Shown here: one piece after another, positions 46,303 to 56,363 of the stretch
How positions within the stretch are numbered: position 1 is the stretch's first letter
How the letters are laid out: the number at the start of each line of letters is the position of its first letter
Assembly: GCA_965263035.1 (NCBI GenBank)
Contig: OZ253580.1
Span: forward strand, 5,472,001-5,536,000
DNA length: 64,000 bases
Direction of reading: 5' to 3'
DNA from: Acidobacteriota bacterium
GTDB lineage: Bacteria; Acidobacteriota; UBA6911; RPQK01; JAJDTT01
The notes under the pieces: generated by a model
Told to the model about the DNA's origin: nothing
The model's database searches: none
What the model saw: the letters and a program-made list of their open reading frames with translations, nothing else
Made by a program: the position numbers and the translations under genes

Positions 46303-49300
46303 TCAAGGTCGAGAGATGGTTTCGTCCAGATTCAGGAGCACCTGGGCCACGCTGGTCCAAGCCATGAAGTCCTTGGAGTCCGGTCCTCGGGACGAAGGTC
46401 GGCTTCGCGCCGCATCCGACCCGGAGCCGGGCAGGTTTTTCAACTGGTCCTGGTACAGAGCCGTGAGCTCCCGGAGCTCCTCCTGGGAGGGCCGGCGGCC
46501 CAGGCAGAGCCGGAATCCGTGTGCGATCCGGTCGGCGACTGCCGGGCTCGTCTCCGAGACCATGCGGCCGGCCAGTCCTCGCGCGGCTTCCATAAAGGTC
46601 CGGTCGTTCATCAAGTTCAGGGCCTGCAACGGCGTATTGGAGCGGCTGCGGGCCACGCAAGTGGTCTCGCGGCTCGGGGCGTCGAAGTTGGCATAGAAGG
46701 GATAGGGACGAATCCGCTTCAAGAAGGTGTAGAGACCCCGCCGGTAGCGGTCGTCTCCCCGACCCGTGATCCAGGTGTCGGCCACGTACAGGTTGTCCCA
46801 GAGCCCTGCGGGCTGGGGAGGAAAGACGCTGGGGCCGTACGGTCTGAGACTGAGGAGCCCCGCGGCGCTCAACGCGCTGTCCCGGATCATTTCAGCGTCC
46901 ATCCGAAAGCGCGGGCCACGGGCGTAGAGCTCGTTGGTGAGGTCCTTTTCCCGCAGGGAATCTCCCATCCGCGAGTCCTGCCGGTAGGTCGCCGAGGTGA
47001 CCATCAATCGGTGCATGGCCTTCATGGACCATTTCTGCTCCACGAACTCGGTGGCGAGCCAATCCAAAAGCACCGGATGCGTCGGGCGTTCACCCTGGGT
47101 CCCCAGATTCTCGGGGGTCTTCACCAGGGGCCTCCCGAAATGATCGGCCCAAAGCCGATTCATGGTGACCCTTCCCACCAGCGGGTTCTCCGGAGAGACC
47201 AGCCAGCGGGCCAGGGTGAGCCGATTGGGCGGCGTCTCGTTCTCGGGCAGGGGATGGAGCACCGAGGGGACACCCGGCTGGACCTCCTTGCCCGGGTTCA
47301 GAAAACCTCCCTTGACGAAGACGTGGCTCGTGCGGGGCTTGTCCAATTCTTTCATGACCAGGCTGTTGGGCGTGGTCAACTGTTTCCAGAAAGCCAGGAG
47401 TTCGGAGAGCCGCTGCTTCTTCGGGGCCAAAATCGGGGCGAATCCGCGATAGTATTCGTTCAGGACCCTCCGTTGGATCTCGGTCCGCTGGTTGACGGGA
47501 ACGGCGAGGACGCGTTCCGCCCGGGTCGGGAGCTTGACGTTTCGGGCGGGATCCTGGTCCCGGGTGACGGAAAACCGGAAACGCCCGATGGTCTTGCCCG
47601 GCTTCTCTCCCTCATGCCTCAACCGGATGTTGAACCGGGTTCCACCCGGAAAGCCCAAGGCAGACTCCGGCATGAAAATGGCTTGGCGTTCGACCCTGTT
47701 CTTGTGACTGGTTCCGCTGTTGGACCAACCGGTGATGGGGTCGCCGTCCAGGACCCGGCGAATGCCGAAGGTAATGGGATCGATCTCCGCCGCGGCACCG
47801 CTGAACACCACCGGCGAGGAGGACCTCGGCGCCGTCATGGGCTCAGCCCGAACTTCGAATCCGGTCAGCAGGAAATCCCCCTCGGAATCCCGGCTCGAAC
47901 CGCCGTGAGGCAGGCTGGGATCGGTCAGGGTTTCCAGCCGGACGGCCGTGATCCCTTCGACCTCGGTTTCGGCCACGACCACGTACGTTTCGCGGCCCGG
48001 TTTCGGTCCTGAAGCCAACAGGGAGCCATCCTCCCGGCGGGTCAGCTCCGCGCCGCCCAGGGAAAAGTAGGTGGCCGGGTCCAGGAAGCTCCAAGAGACC
48101 AGGTCCGCGGCGGTCTTCGCCTCCCATTCCTTCTGAGCCGCCTCCAACTCCGGCGTGGAACGTTTCAGCGCAGCTTTCAGATCCACGATCTCCCGCTCGA
48201 TATCGGAGCGGTAAGTGGACAGATAGTCGGCTGGAGGCAGCGTGATGCTGGCGCTATGTGGCCGGATCTTCGTTTTCGGGTTGTTCTCCTCCATCGTGCT
48301 GTTGAAGAAAGCGAATATCCGGAAGTACTCCTCCTGCGTGATGGGATCGTACTTGTGATCGTGGCACTGGGCACAGGCGATGGTGCTCCCGAGCCAGACG
48401 GTTCCGGTGGTCTCGACCCGATCCAGGATGGCCGCCACCCGATACTCCTCCGGGTCGGTCCCACCCTCGGTATTGATCATGGTGTTGCGGTGGAATCCGG
48501 TGGCGATCTTCTGCTCGGGAGAGGCGTCGGTGAGCAGGTCTCCCGCCACCTGCTCGATGGTGAACTGATCGAAGGGCATGTCCGAGTTGATGGCCTTGAT
48601 CACCCAGTCGCGATAGAGCCACATGTTGCGCCGCCGATCATGGATATAGCCGTTGGTGTCGGCATAGCGGGCCAGATCCAGCCAGGGCCGGGCCCAACGT
48701 TCTCCATAGCGGGGCGACGAGAGGAGGCGGTCCACCAGACGCTCGTAGGCGAGCGGTCGCCGGTCTTCGACGAAGGCATCCACTTCATCGGGAGTCGGCG
48801 GAAGACCGATGAGATCCAGGGTGAGGCGCCGGACCAGGGTTTCCCGGGATGCTTCCGGGGACGGATCCAGACCCTCCTGTTCCAACCGCTCCAGGACGAA
48901 GCGGTCGATGGAATTGTGGACCCAGGCCGAATTCTTCACCTGCGGCAAAGGGAGACGGACCGGCTTGACGTAGGCCCAGTGTTTCTTTGGGGTGTCGCCC
49001 GTACCCTCGATGGCCCCGGTCCAGGGGGCTCCCTGATCCAACCAGGCTCGGATCACCTCGACCTGGTCCGGCGGCAGCTTGCCCGTGAGAGGCATGGGAG
49101 ACCCCGGGGCGTCGCCAAGGATCTTGCGGTAGAGCAGACTCGAGGAGCCGTCACCGGGCAGGATGGCCGGTCCGGACTGCCCCCCCTTCAGGGCCGCCTC
49201 CCGGGTATCCAGGCGAAGACCGTTCATGCTCTGGTCCACGCCGTGGCACTGGTTGCAACTGGCCTCGAGGATGGGCCGGATGTCCCGGGCGAAGTCGACG

Positions 49301-49416
49301 TCCCGGTCCGCGGAGGGGGACGAGCCCGATCCGCTCATCAGAGAAACGGTGCTCAAACCACTCAAAAAGAAGAGAAATATCCAGTTTGGGAATCGCAAGA
49401 CTCGCGCCCACCGCAT
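46303..49416 (-). CDS. PSD1 (DUF1553)/DUF1549/planctomycete cytochrome c domain protein
   Basis: CNQCH, CAQCHDHKYDP, YGERWARPWLD, NTPLQALNLMN. Confidence 0.9.
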   Translation of the reverse strand: MRWARVLRFPNWIFLFFLSGLSTVSLMSGSGSSPSADRDVDFARDIRPILEASCNQCHGVDQSMNGLRLDTREAALKGGQSGPAILPGDGSSSLLYRKILGDAPGSPMPLTGKLPPDQVEVIRAWLDQGAPWTGAIEGTGDTPKKHWAYVKPVRLPLPQVKNSAWVHNSIDRFVLERLEQEGLDPSPEASRETLVRRLTLDLIGLPPTPDEVDAFVEDRRPLAYERLVDRLLSSPRYGERWARPWLDLARYADTNGYIHDRRRNMWLYRDWVIKAINSDMPFDQFTIEQVAGDLLTDASPEQKIATGFHRNTMINTEGGTDPEEYRVAAILDRVETTGTVWLGSTIACAQCHDHKYDPITQEEYFRIFAFFNSTMEENNPKTKIRPHSASITLPPADYLSTYRSDIEREIVDLKAALKRSTPELEAAQKEWEAKTAADLVSWSFLDPATYFSLGGAELTRREDGSLLASGPKPGRETYVVVAETEVEGITAVRLETLTDPSLPHGGSSRDSEGDFLLTGFEVRAEPMTAPRSSSPVVFSGAAAEIDPITFGIRRVLDGDPITGWSNSGTSHKNRVERQAIFMPESALGFPGGTRFNIRLRHEGEKPGKTIGRFRFSVTRDQDPARNVKLPTRAERVLAVPVNQRTEIQRRVLNEYYRGFAPILAPKKQRLSELLAFWKQLTTPNSLVMKELDKPRTSHVFVKGGFLNPGKEVQPGVPSVLHPLPENETPPNRLTLARWLVSPENPLVGRVTMNRLWADHFGRPLVKTPENLGTQGERPTHPVLLDWLATEFVEQKWSMKAMHRLMVTSATYRQDSRMGDSLREKDLTNELYARGPRFRMDAEMIRDSALSAAGLLSLRPYGPSVFPPQPAGLWDNLYVADTWITGRGDDRYRRGLYTFLKRIRPYPFYANFDAPSRETTCVARSRSNTPLQALNLMNDRTFMEAARGLAGRMVSETSPAVADRIAHGFRLCLGRRPSQEELRELTALYQDQLKNLPGSGSDAARSRPSSRGPDSKDFMAWTSVAQVLLNLDETISRP

Positions 49417-49586
49417 GCCGTCAACCTCGATTCGGAGTGTCGCGCCAGTATATCAGTCCGGGGCGAAAATCGTCGCGTTGGACGTATCGGGAGGGGGGGC
49501 CTGGGAGGGGGGACATCCCTGTCCCCCGTTCCCCTATCGCCCGTACCGTTATCTAACCAACTGTTCATTGGGAGTTCGGCGGCTAG

Positions 49587-51663
49587 CCCGAGTTTACCGT
49601 GTTGGACAAAAAGATAAAGATAAGTTCTTTTTTTGCAGAGACATAGGTCAGCCCTCCCGTATGACCTACGGAGCCGCATCAGAGGTTAGATCGTCTGGCT
49701 TTGTAGGTCTAGGATTTCGTACATCCTGCGCTGTTCGTCCGTCATCTGCGAGAGCGTCGTCCTGAGTTCGGGATTGCCGCCCTCCTCCTGTGCGGGATAG
49801 AGTACGTCGACTTCGCGGATCCCACCCAGTGCGTCGAGCAGTGCGGGGATCGAGCCCGACACGCCGTGGCGGCTCAGTTCCCGCTGCAGCAGTCCGCACA
49901 GCATCAGCGCCAGCACGCAGCAGAACACATGCACCGCGATCTTCTGATCCGTCCAGTGGTATTGCGGCCGGATCGCGATGCAGTTGCTGTCCTTGAGTTG
50001 CCGGAAGGCGCTCTCGACATGATGCTGGGCGCGGTAGCCGCGCACCAACTCGGCGTCGCTCCAGCCCGCTTGGTCGGTGAACAGCAGGGTCTTGCCCAGC
50101 AACCTGCGCTGCAGCTGCTCCCAGGCGCGCCGCTGGAAGCGGTAATTCACCTTCGGCAAGCCGTCCTCCTCACGCACCTGGACGTCGAACAGGTCCCGCA
50201 TGTGCCGGGCCCGCAGCCAGCCGTCAACCTTCTTGCGCGTGGTGGCCACGCCCGGCTTGCGCCCCCCACGGATCTTGCCGTCGCGCCAGCGGCGAAGCTG
50301 CCGCTGCAGCGCGCGCAGGTGCTGGCGCCGCTTCGCGATCTCACGCAGCAGCGTCCGGCACTGGGCGTCGAACAGCGCTTGGTTCCAAATCACCAGCACC
50401 GTGCGCTCGACGCCGAACACTTCGTAGTGGGTGCGGTAGGCGTGCACGCCGGGCAACCCGTCGGCCTCCAGCGAGCGCAACTGGTCCGCCGGCACGGCCA
50501 GCAGGTCCGGGTGTTGGGTCGGCACCAGCGAGCCGATGAAGTGGAAGGGGCCGCGCTCGACCCAGTCCAGGTTCTCGCGCGAGTTGTTGCCCTTGTCGAA
50601 GACCAGGGTGACCGTCTCGGCGCCGGCCGCGATCTCATGGTAGCGCCGGGCCAAGTCGGCGGAGAGGCTCTGGAACAGCGGCGCGTCGGGCCGGTTGCCG
50701 GGATAGGTGCGATGCAGCAGGGGCAGGCGGAAGTCGGCCGTGACCAGCAGCGCCACGCCGATGATGCGCAACGACCTGCGGCCCTCCTTGCTGTGGCCGC
50801 GCTGGGCCAGCTGGGAGCGCTCGTTGAAAGAATCGATGTAGGTGAAGACGTTGGTGGCGTCAAACAGCACTTGGCGCAGGTCGAGGCCGAACTCACGGGT
50901 CATGGCGGTCACGATGTCGCGTTCGATGGCGGGGATGGCTGAGACGGGGACGCGGTGCATGTGGTCCCAGAAGCGCTGGCTGGTGAGCTGGCTGGAGCGC
51001 AGGGGGAGGAGGCGGCCGAGGGCGGTGGAGTCGAACCAGCGGGCGAGGCTGGCCTTGGAGCCGGGGGCGAGGCAGCGGTTGAGGACGGCGGCGAGCAGGT
51101 AGGTGCCGACGGAGGGGCCGGAGCCGCGCTTGGGGACATGGCGGTCGATGTGCTCGACGAGCTGCAAGCGGCGGGCGAGGGCGAGCAGGGCGGTGGAGGC
51201 GCCGAATTCGCGCACGACCGCCTCCAGTGGTTGGGCCAGCACGGGGGCGGCCCGAAGCTTCTCGATGATTTTGTCGGCGCGGCCGAGATAGGTCTGGGAA
51301 ACGATCTTGGGCTTGCCGTGGACGCGTTTGCAGACGCGGGCGTAGTAGTAGGGGCGGCCGCGGATGATCTTCTTGACGATGCTGGCCATATATTAGGTCA
51401 TACACTAGCGTATCGAGAGGTCGATTGTCAAAGGTCCTCGCCTGAAATCAAAAATTTATCCTGCGAAATCAGATAGATACTTCCGGGATTAACCTAGAAC
51501 AGTCCAACAGGAATTAGGTCATACAAAAGTCGAGGTCACGGGCGCAGTGGCCTCGGTCGGGCTGGGTGGATAAACTCTTCCTTATCAATAACTTGAATTT
51601 GAGAAATCGGTCTGCCCATGCGCTAGGCCAGTGCTATGCTGACGCGAACACAGTAAACTCGGG
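49587..51663 (-). mobile_element. IS1634-family insertion sequence
   Basis: TIR CCCGAGTTTACCGTGTT / AACACAGTAAACTCGGG flanked by CTAG on both sides. Confidence 0.85.
49686..51389 (-). CDS. IS1634-family transposase
   Basis: KKIIRGRPYYY..GKPK..YLG; FDATN; VFDKG; YRAQHHVESAFRQLK; RPQYHWTD. Confidence 0.85.
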   Translation of the reverse strand: MASIVKKIIRGRPYYYARVCKRVHGKPKIVSQTYLGRADKIIEKLRAAPVLAQPLEAVVREFGASTALLALARRLQLVEHIDRHVPKRGSGPSVGTYLLAAVLNRCLAPGSKASLARWFDSTALGRLLPLRSSQLTSQRFWDHMHRVPVSAIPAIERDIVTAMTREFGLDLRQVLFDATNVFTYIDSFNERSQLAQRGHSKEGRRSLRIIGVALLVTADFRLPLLHRTYPGNRPDAPLFQSLSADLARRYHEIAAGAETVTLVFDKGNNSRENLDWVERGPFHFIGSLVPTQHPDLLAVPADQLRSLEADGLPGVHAYRTHYEVFGVERTVLVIWNQALFDAQCRTLLREIAKRRQHLRALQRQLRRWRDGKIRGGRKPGVATTRKKVDGWLRARHMRDLFDVQVREEDGLPKVNYRFQRRAWEQLQRRLLGKTLLFTDQAGWSDAELVRGYRAQHHVESAFRQLKDSNCIAIRPQYHWTDQKIAVHVFCCVLALMLCGLLQRELSRHGVSGSIPALLDALGGIREVDVLYPAQEEGGNPELRTTLSQMTDEQRRMYEILDLQSQTI

Positions 51664-51838
51664 CTAGATCCGGGATAGCGAGGCGAATACCGCAAAAAGG
51701 TAATCAACGGACAGCCTCCTCTTTCTTAGAACGTAGCGCCGGCCAAATACTATGACGGCTTTTTCTCCTGGGTGGCTACAGCGTAGAATTCCAGACTCTA
51801 ACGGCAAGCGTGGAAATTACGTATTCGAGGAGAGGGCC

Positions 51839-52630
51839 GTGAGTCGACTCGGAGATGAACTCCGGCAGAGAAGCCAGGCGCATCGGATCGTCAACCGAAG
51901 CACGCGGAAAAACTGGGACTTCTTCAGCAGGCATCGAAACCGGGTTATGGACCTGCTGGGCGCGGAGAGCCGGCGTCAGGGCAAGGTAGCCATCCTGGGG
52001 GCGGGGAACTGCAACGACCTGGATCTGCGCCAGTTGGCCGCCGAGTGCGGTGAGATCCATCTCTTCGACTTGGACCGGGAGGCCATGGAGCAGGCGCTTC
52101 TGAGACAAGGGATTCCGGAGGGTTCCAACATTCACTTGCGGGACGATCTGGACCTTTCGGGCCTCGGTGGTCCGGATGCCGCCACGGCGAAGGTCCCAGC
52201 CAAAGACTTCGAACTGGTGGTCTCCACCTGTGTGGTGAGCCAGCTCCTGGAATCCGTGAGCCGCCTCCATCCACCCGGATCCCGCCGCGATCGGACCATG
52301 CTGCGGGTCCGAGACGCGCACCTTCGTCTATTGACCGACCTGATCTCCCCGGGCGGAACGGGGATCGTGGTGACCGACATGGCCGAGGCCGTTGCGGACC
52401 CCGTCGCTGCCGAACCAAATGAGGCGGCGCCATCCCGTGAGCCGGAGCTGATGGAACGGTTCTTTCTCGGTCTGGGTCCGAAGGGGCTTGAGGATGCTCT
52501 CGGGGCGGTTCCCCATGCGTCGGAGTCGCTCCGGGGTGTGAAACAAGTTGAGCCGTGGACCTGGCGGTTGGATGCGATCCGCCGCTACCTGGTCCACGCC
52601 GTCCGCTTCACAAAGTCTGCCGGCCGGTGA
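51839..52630 (+). CDS. SAM-dependent methyltransferase-like hypothetical protein
   Basis: VAILGAGNCNDLDL...LFDLD motif; GTG after GAGGAG. Confidence 0.6.
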   Translation: MSRLGDELRQRSQAHRIVNRSTRKNWDFFSRHRNRVMDLLGAESRRQGKVAILGAGNCNDLDLRQLAAECGEIHLFDLDREAMEQALLRQGIPEGSNIHLRDDLDLSGLGGPDAATAKVPAKDFELVVSTCVVSQLLESVSRLHPPGSRRDRTMLRVRDAHLRLLTDLISPGGTGIVVTDMAEAVADPVAAEPNEAAPSREPELMERFFLGLGPKGLEDALGAVPHASESLRGVKQVEPWTWRLDAIRRYLVHAVRFTKSAGR

Positions 52631-52651
52631 GCGCCCGGTTTCGGGGACCTC

Positions 52652-53710
52652 CTACCAGTCGATCTTCAGGCGGGTCCAGCGCACACCGAACCGGCCTCCT
52701 TCCCGGGACCAGTGTGTGGCCAAGTAGTCGCCGTCCTGGAGGCGGATGGCGGTGGGGAACCCGAACTGGAAGCCGCCGAACTCCTCCACTCCCGTAGCCA
52801 GACCGGCCGGCCGATCCTGCCGGGTCCCGGGATCGTACATCAGCCCCTCGTAGTGGATCTCCCATCCGTCAGGAGAGAAGGTCACCAGGTTCATCACGAT
52901 GCCCTGGTCTCCGTAGCGCCGGTTGTAGAGGACCAGGAGCCGGTCGCCGCCCAGGGGAATGGGAGTCATGGTCTGTCCCCGTATCCCGGTGCTGCGGGGA
53001 GCGCTCCAGGTGAGACCGTCGTCCCGGGAGAGCACGAACGAGTCTTCCGCGTCGACCACGTCTCCCAAGGTCACGGTCCAGCAGGTGGCGATGAGGAAGC
53101 CCTCGTCCGCCTGGGCCAGCTTCTGCTCCAGGTACCCCAGCCTCGCCTCCGGGTCCTCGAACACGATGGCGTGGCGCGGCCACGTTTCCCCGCCGTCGTC
53201 GGAAACGGCGGCCAGGACCTGTTTGCCCAACGTGTCCTTGGAATCGAGGGTGGCGGCCGGCGCCAGCAGGCGGCCGGACTGGAGGGGAAGGATTCCGTGA
53301 GAGATCTCCAGCTTCCTGTGGCCCTTCATGGGGACGGAGCGGGGAGGAGACCAAGTCCGTCCTCCGTCCGCTGACCGGAGGAAGACGGGCTCGTTTTCCG
53401 AATCGCCGAATACCTTGGTGGCCCGGGAAAAGTGACGGGAACCGTACGCATAGACCGTCCGACCGTCGGCAGAAAGACTCAGTTTCAGCGCGTTTGTGGA
53501 GCCTTCGTGGCGAGGCAGAAGCGTGCCTTCCACCTTCCAGGTTTCGCCTCCGTCGGTGGAGCGGGCCCAGTCCGAGCCGCCGGTGACGTGAGCGCCGCCT
53601 CCCACGTTGAAGGAACAGAGGATGTCTCCGTCGGGGAGTTGAACCGCCTGGGGAAATGCCGACTCACGCTCGTCGATTCGGCCCGTGCCCAGGATCTCGA
53701 TGGACGCCAT
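52652..53710 (-). CDS. Sialidase-family (BNR) protein
   Basis: Four Asp boxes (STDGGETW, SADGGRTW, SDDGGETW, SRDDGLTW); FGFP. Confidence 0.8.
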   Translation of the reverse strand: MASIEILGTGRIDERESAFPQAVQLPDGDILCSFNVGGGAHVTGGSDWARSTDGGETWKVEGTLLPRHEGSTNALKLSLSADGRTVYAYGSRHFSRATKVFGDSENEPVFLRSADGGRTWSPPRSVPMKGHRKLEISHGILPLQSGRLLAPAATLDSKDTLGKQVLAAVSDDGGETWPRHAIVFEDPEARLGYLEQKLAQADEGFLIATCWTVTLGDVVDAEDSFVLSRDDGLTWSAPRSTGIRGQTMTPIPLGGDRLLVLYNRRYGDQGIVMNLVTFSPDGWEIHYEGLMYDPGTRQDRPAGLATGVEEFGGFQFGFPTAIRLQDGDYLATHWSREGGRFGVRWTRLKIDW

Positions 53711-53803
53711 GGAACCCTCCTTGAAACGGTTTTTTGACGGAACTCCGCACGGCGGGACGCTCGATAGCTTGTGATTGTCGTCGGGGACTACCGCGGCAGC
53801 CGC

Positions 53804-53839
53804 AAAAAAGAAAACGCCTGCACCCCGGTGGATGCAGGC
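53804..53839 (-). terminator. Rho-independent terminator
   Basis: Minus strand GCCTGCATCC-accg-GGGTGCAGGC followed by GTTTTCTTTTTT, 20 nt after the stop at 53859. Confidence 0.75.
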
Positions 53840-53858
53840 CCTTTCGGAAAAATCGAGA

Positions 53859-55187
53859 TCAGCCAGCCTGAATCGTGCGCTTGACAGGTTCGAATGTCAT
53901 GCGCCGGCCGCTCCAATAGGAATCGGTGGACATGATGCAGGCGATGGAATGACCGTACCCGGCTTCCACGGGACAATGCAGCCTCTTGCTGTCCCGGGCG
54001 CGAACGGCGTCCAGCCAGTTGGCCACGTGGCTCCTTTCGCCCGGAGCGTCAGGAATGGGGACCTGGTCCTCGATCTTGCCCTCGGCCTCCACTCCCCGGC
54101 CCGAGAAGTGCCAAGGCACGTTGGGGTTGGCGCTGGACTCGGCCCGGCCCTTGCTCCAGTCCTCCTTGTTGGTGGAACCTCCGGCCTCGAAGCTGCCCAG
54201 GGTGCCGTGCAGTTGCGTGGCCTTGCCGTATCCGTTGATCAGGTTGGTGGAGTAGACCGTCAGGAACTTGTGGCCGTCCTTCTCGTACTCCAGGGAGACC
54301 TCGATGGTGTCGGCGTTCTCCCTCCAGTCCTTCCAGGCGTAGATTCCGCCGTGGGCCACGGCGCTCAGGGGATAGGAGGTGCCGGTGAGCATGTGGGCCA
54401 CATCGATGCCGTGGGTCATCCACTGGTCGACGATGCCGCTGGAAAAGTCCTTCCAGAGGCGGAAGCAGCGGAAGACCCGGGGATCGAACGGCCGATGGGG
54501 TTTCCCCATGAGCCAGGTGTTCCAATCCACGTCGCCCTCTTTGATCTTCGCCAAGTCCTTGTCCTTCTTGGCCCAGCGATAGGGGCTGTACCAACTCCAG
54601 TGGAGATCCACCTTGACCACGTCGCCGATGATCCCGTCGGCGATCATCTTGGCCGCCTGCCGGTACTTGGGGGAACTCCGCCTTTGAGTGCCGATCTGGA
54701 CGATGCTGCCCGATTTCTTCACCGCGTCCAGCGCCGCGTTGGTCTCCGAAAGGACGTTGCCCATGGGCTTCTCGCAATAGACGTCCTTGCCCGCTTGGGC
54801 GGCCATTTCGAGGATCTGCGCGTGGGCGTGATCCGGAGTGGCGATGATGAGGGCGTCGATTTCGGGGTCGTTCACGATCTGCTCGTGGTGGCGGTAGACC
54901 TTCGGGGTCGTTCCCTGCCGTTCCTCGGTCAGCGCCTTCGCTTGCTCCCGGGCATCGTTCCAGACGTCGCAAACCGCCGTGAGGCGGGCGTTGAAACGCT
55001 GGTTATGCTCGAAGAACTCCCTCATGATGCCCCTGCCGCGGCCGCCGGGACCGGCGATGCCGACTCGGATCTGGCCGTTTACGTCCCGGGATTTGGCTAT
55101 GGCGGGAAATCCGGCCAGTGCGAGTCCGGCTCCGGCGCCGGCCGAATGGGACAGGAAGGATCGCCTGTTGATGGAAGATTGACTCAT
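53859..55187 (-). CDS. Gfo/Idh/MocA oxidoreductase, Tat-exported
   Basis: NRRSFL; GPGGRG; ATPDHAH; YCEKP. Confidence 0.9.
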   Translation of the reverse strand: MSQSSINRRSFLSHSAGAGAGLALAGFPAIAKSRDVNGQIRVGIAGPGGRGRGIMREFFEHNQRFNARLTAVCDVWNDAREQAKALTEERQGTTPKVYRHHEQIVNDPEIDALIIATPDHAHAQILEMAAQAGKDVYCEKPMGNVLSETNAALDAVKKSGSIVQIGTQRRSSPKYRQAAKMIADGIIGDVVKVDLHWSWYSPYRWAKKDKDLAKIKEGDVDWNTWLMGKPHRPFDPRVFRCFRLWKDFSSGIVDQWMTHGIDVAHMLTGTSYPLSAVAHGGIYAWKDWRENADTIEVSLEYEKDGHKFLTVYSTNLINGYGKATQLHGTLGSFEAGGSTNKEDWSKGRAESSANPNVPWHFSGRGVEAEGKIEDQVPIPDAPGERSHVANWLDAVRARDSKRLHCPVEAGYGHSIACIMSTDSYWSGRRMTFEPVKRTIQAG

Positions 55188-55323
55188 GACTCATACTCCG
55201 TCAGGTTTGATCGACGGGTTCCGGTTGTCGGAACCGATTGGACAATGGTAGCGAAGTGGGTGGAACCCGACAAGGTCCGTACGATCCCTAAACGTAGACA
55301 CTGACTAAGGATAGGAAACCTCC

Positions 55324-56286
55324 ATGACTCAGAAGAGAATCCTGGTGACGGCCCCGGTGGAAGAGATCGTGATCGAGTTGCTGGAGGCCCATGCTCCCAC
55401 GGTGACCTCGCCCAGCACCGACCAAGAGACGTTGTTGGGTCTGCTCACGGACACGATCGGGATCGTCGCCCGAGGAGAGGCCCGGATCACACCGGAGTTG
55501 GTGGAGGCCGCCCCCGACCTCAAGGTCGTGGGCAGGACCGGCGTCGGGTACGACAACGTGGACGTGCCGGCCCTGACCCGCCGGTCGATTCCTCTGATCA
55601 TCGCCCCGGTGGGCGGATTCTCCGTGGCCGAAGGGGCCCTGGGAATGTTGCTCTGCCTGGTCAAGAACATGCGCATCATGGACACCGCGGTCCGAAGCGG
55701 CAACTGGGACCGCCGTTATGACGAACTGGTCGGGGACGTGGCCGGCCACACAGTGGGCATTGCGGGGTTGGGCCGGATCGGGTCGTATCTGGCCAGGCTG
55801 CTGCAACCCTTCGAAGTGACGGTCCTGGGCTATGATCCGTACGTGGACGCCGATCGGATGGCGGAGATCGGAGTCCGAAAGGTCTCGCTGAAGGAACTGC
55901 TGGCCCAGTCCGACTATGTCTCCTTGCACATGCTCCTGAACGACGAGACCCGGGGGATGATCGACCGGGAGGCCGTGGCCGGCATGAAGCGGGGAGCCGT
56001 TCTGCTGAACCTGGCCCGCGGCGGCATCACCGATGGTCTCGACACCTTGGCCGACGCGCTTGAAGACGGACAACTCAGCTACGTGGGACTGGACGTGTTT
56101 CCCACCGAGCCTCCCGACGTCTCCCACCGAATCTTCAAACATCCCCGGTGCCTCTTCGCGCCCCACGCCCTGGGAATGAGCCATCTGGCCATGGACCGGG
56201 TCGGGCGTTCCATGGCCAACGACATGTTGGCCGTGCTGCAGGGAAGACGGCCCCGGCACTGCGTCAATCCGGAGGTTTTCGCATAG
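55324..56286 (+). CDS. D-isomer-specific 2-hydroxyacid dehydrogenase (SerA-like)
   Basis: GVGYDNVD, GLGRIG, NLARGG, LDVFPTEP, PH. Confidence 0.9.
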   Translation: MTQKRILVTAPVEEIVIELLEAHAPTVTSPSTDQETLLGLLTDTIGIVARGEARITPELVEAAPDLKVVGRTGVGYDNVDVPALTRRSIPLIIAPVGGFSVAEGALGMLLCLVKNMRIMDTAVRSGNWDRRYDELVGDVAGHTVGIAGLGRIGSYLARLLQPFEVTVLGYDPYVDADRMAEIGVRKVSLKELLAQSDYVSLHMLLNDETRGMIDREAVAGMKRGAVLLNLARGGITDGLDTLADALEDGQLSYVGLDVFPTEPPDVSHRIFKHPRCLFAPHALGMSHLAMDRVGRSMANDMLAVLQGRRPRHCVNPEVFA

Positions 56287-56360
56287 GAGGGAGGATATTT
56301 TGTCCCCCATTCTTGATTGGGGGCAACGACGAAGAGGGGGACAAAATGTCCCCCCTCCTA
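56286..56360. repeat. Inverted REP pair between convergent genes
   Basis: GGAGGGAGGATATTTTGTCCCCC and GGGGGACAAAATGTCCCCCCTCC. Confidence 0.65.
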
Positions 56361-56363
56361 CCC

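Noticed and set aside
26148-55304. Long antisense ORFs (e.g. 26148-27614, 39798-41573, 46081-48012, 53775-55304)
   Set aside because: Shadow ORFs opposite well-supported genes in GC-rich DNA, with no motifs
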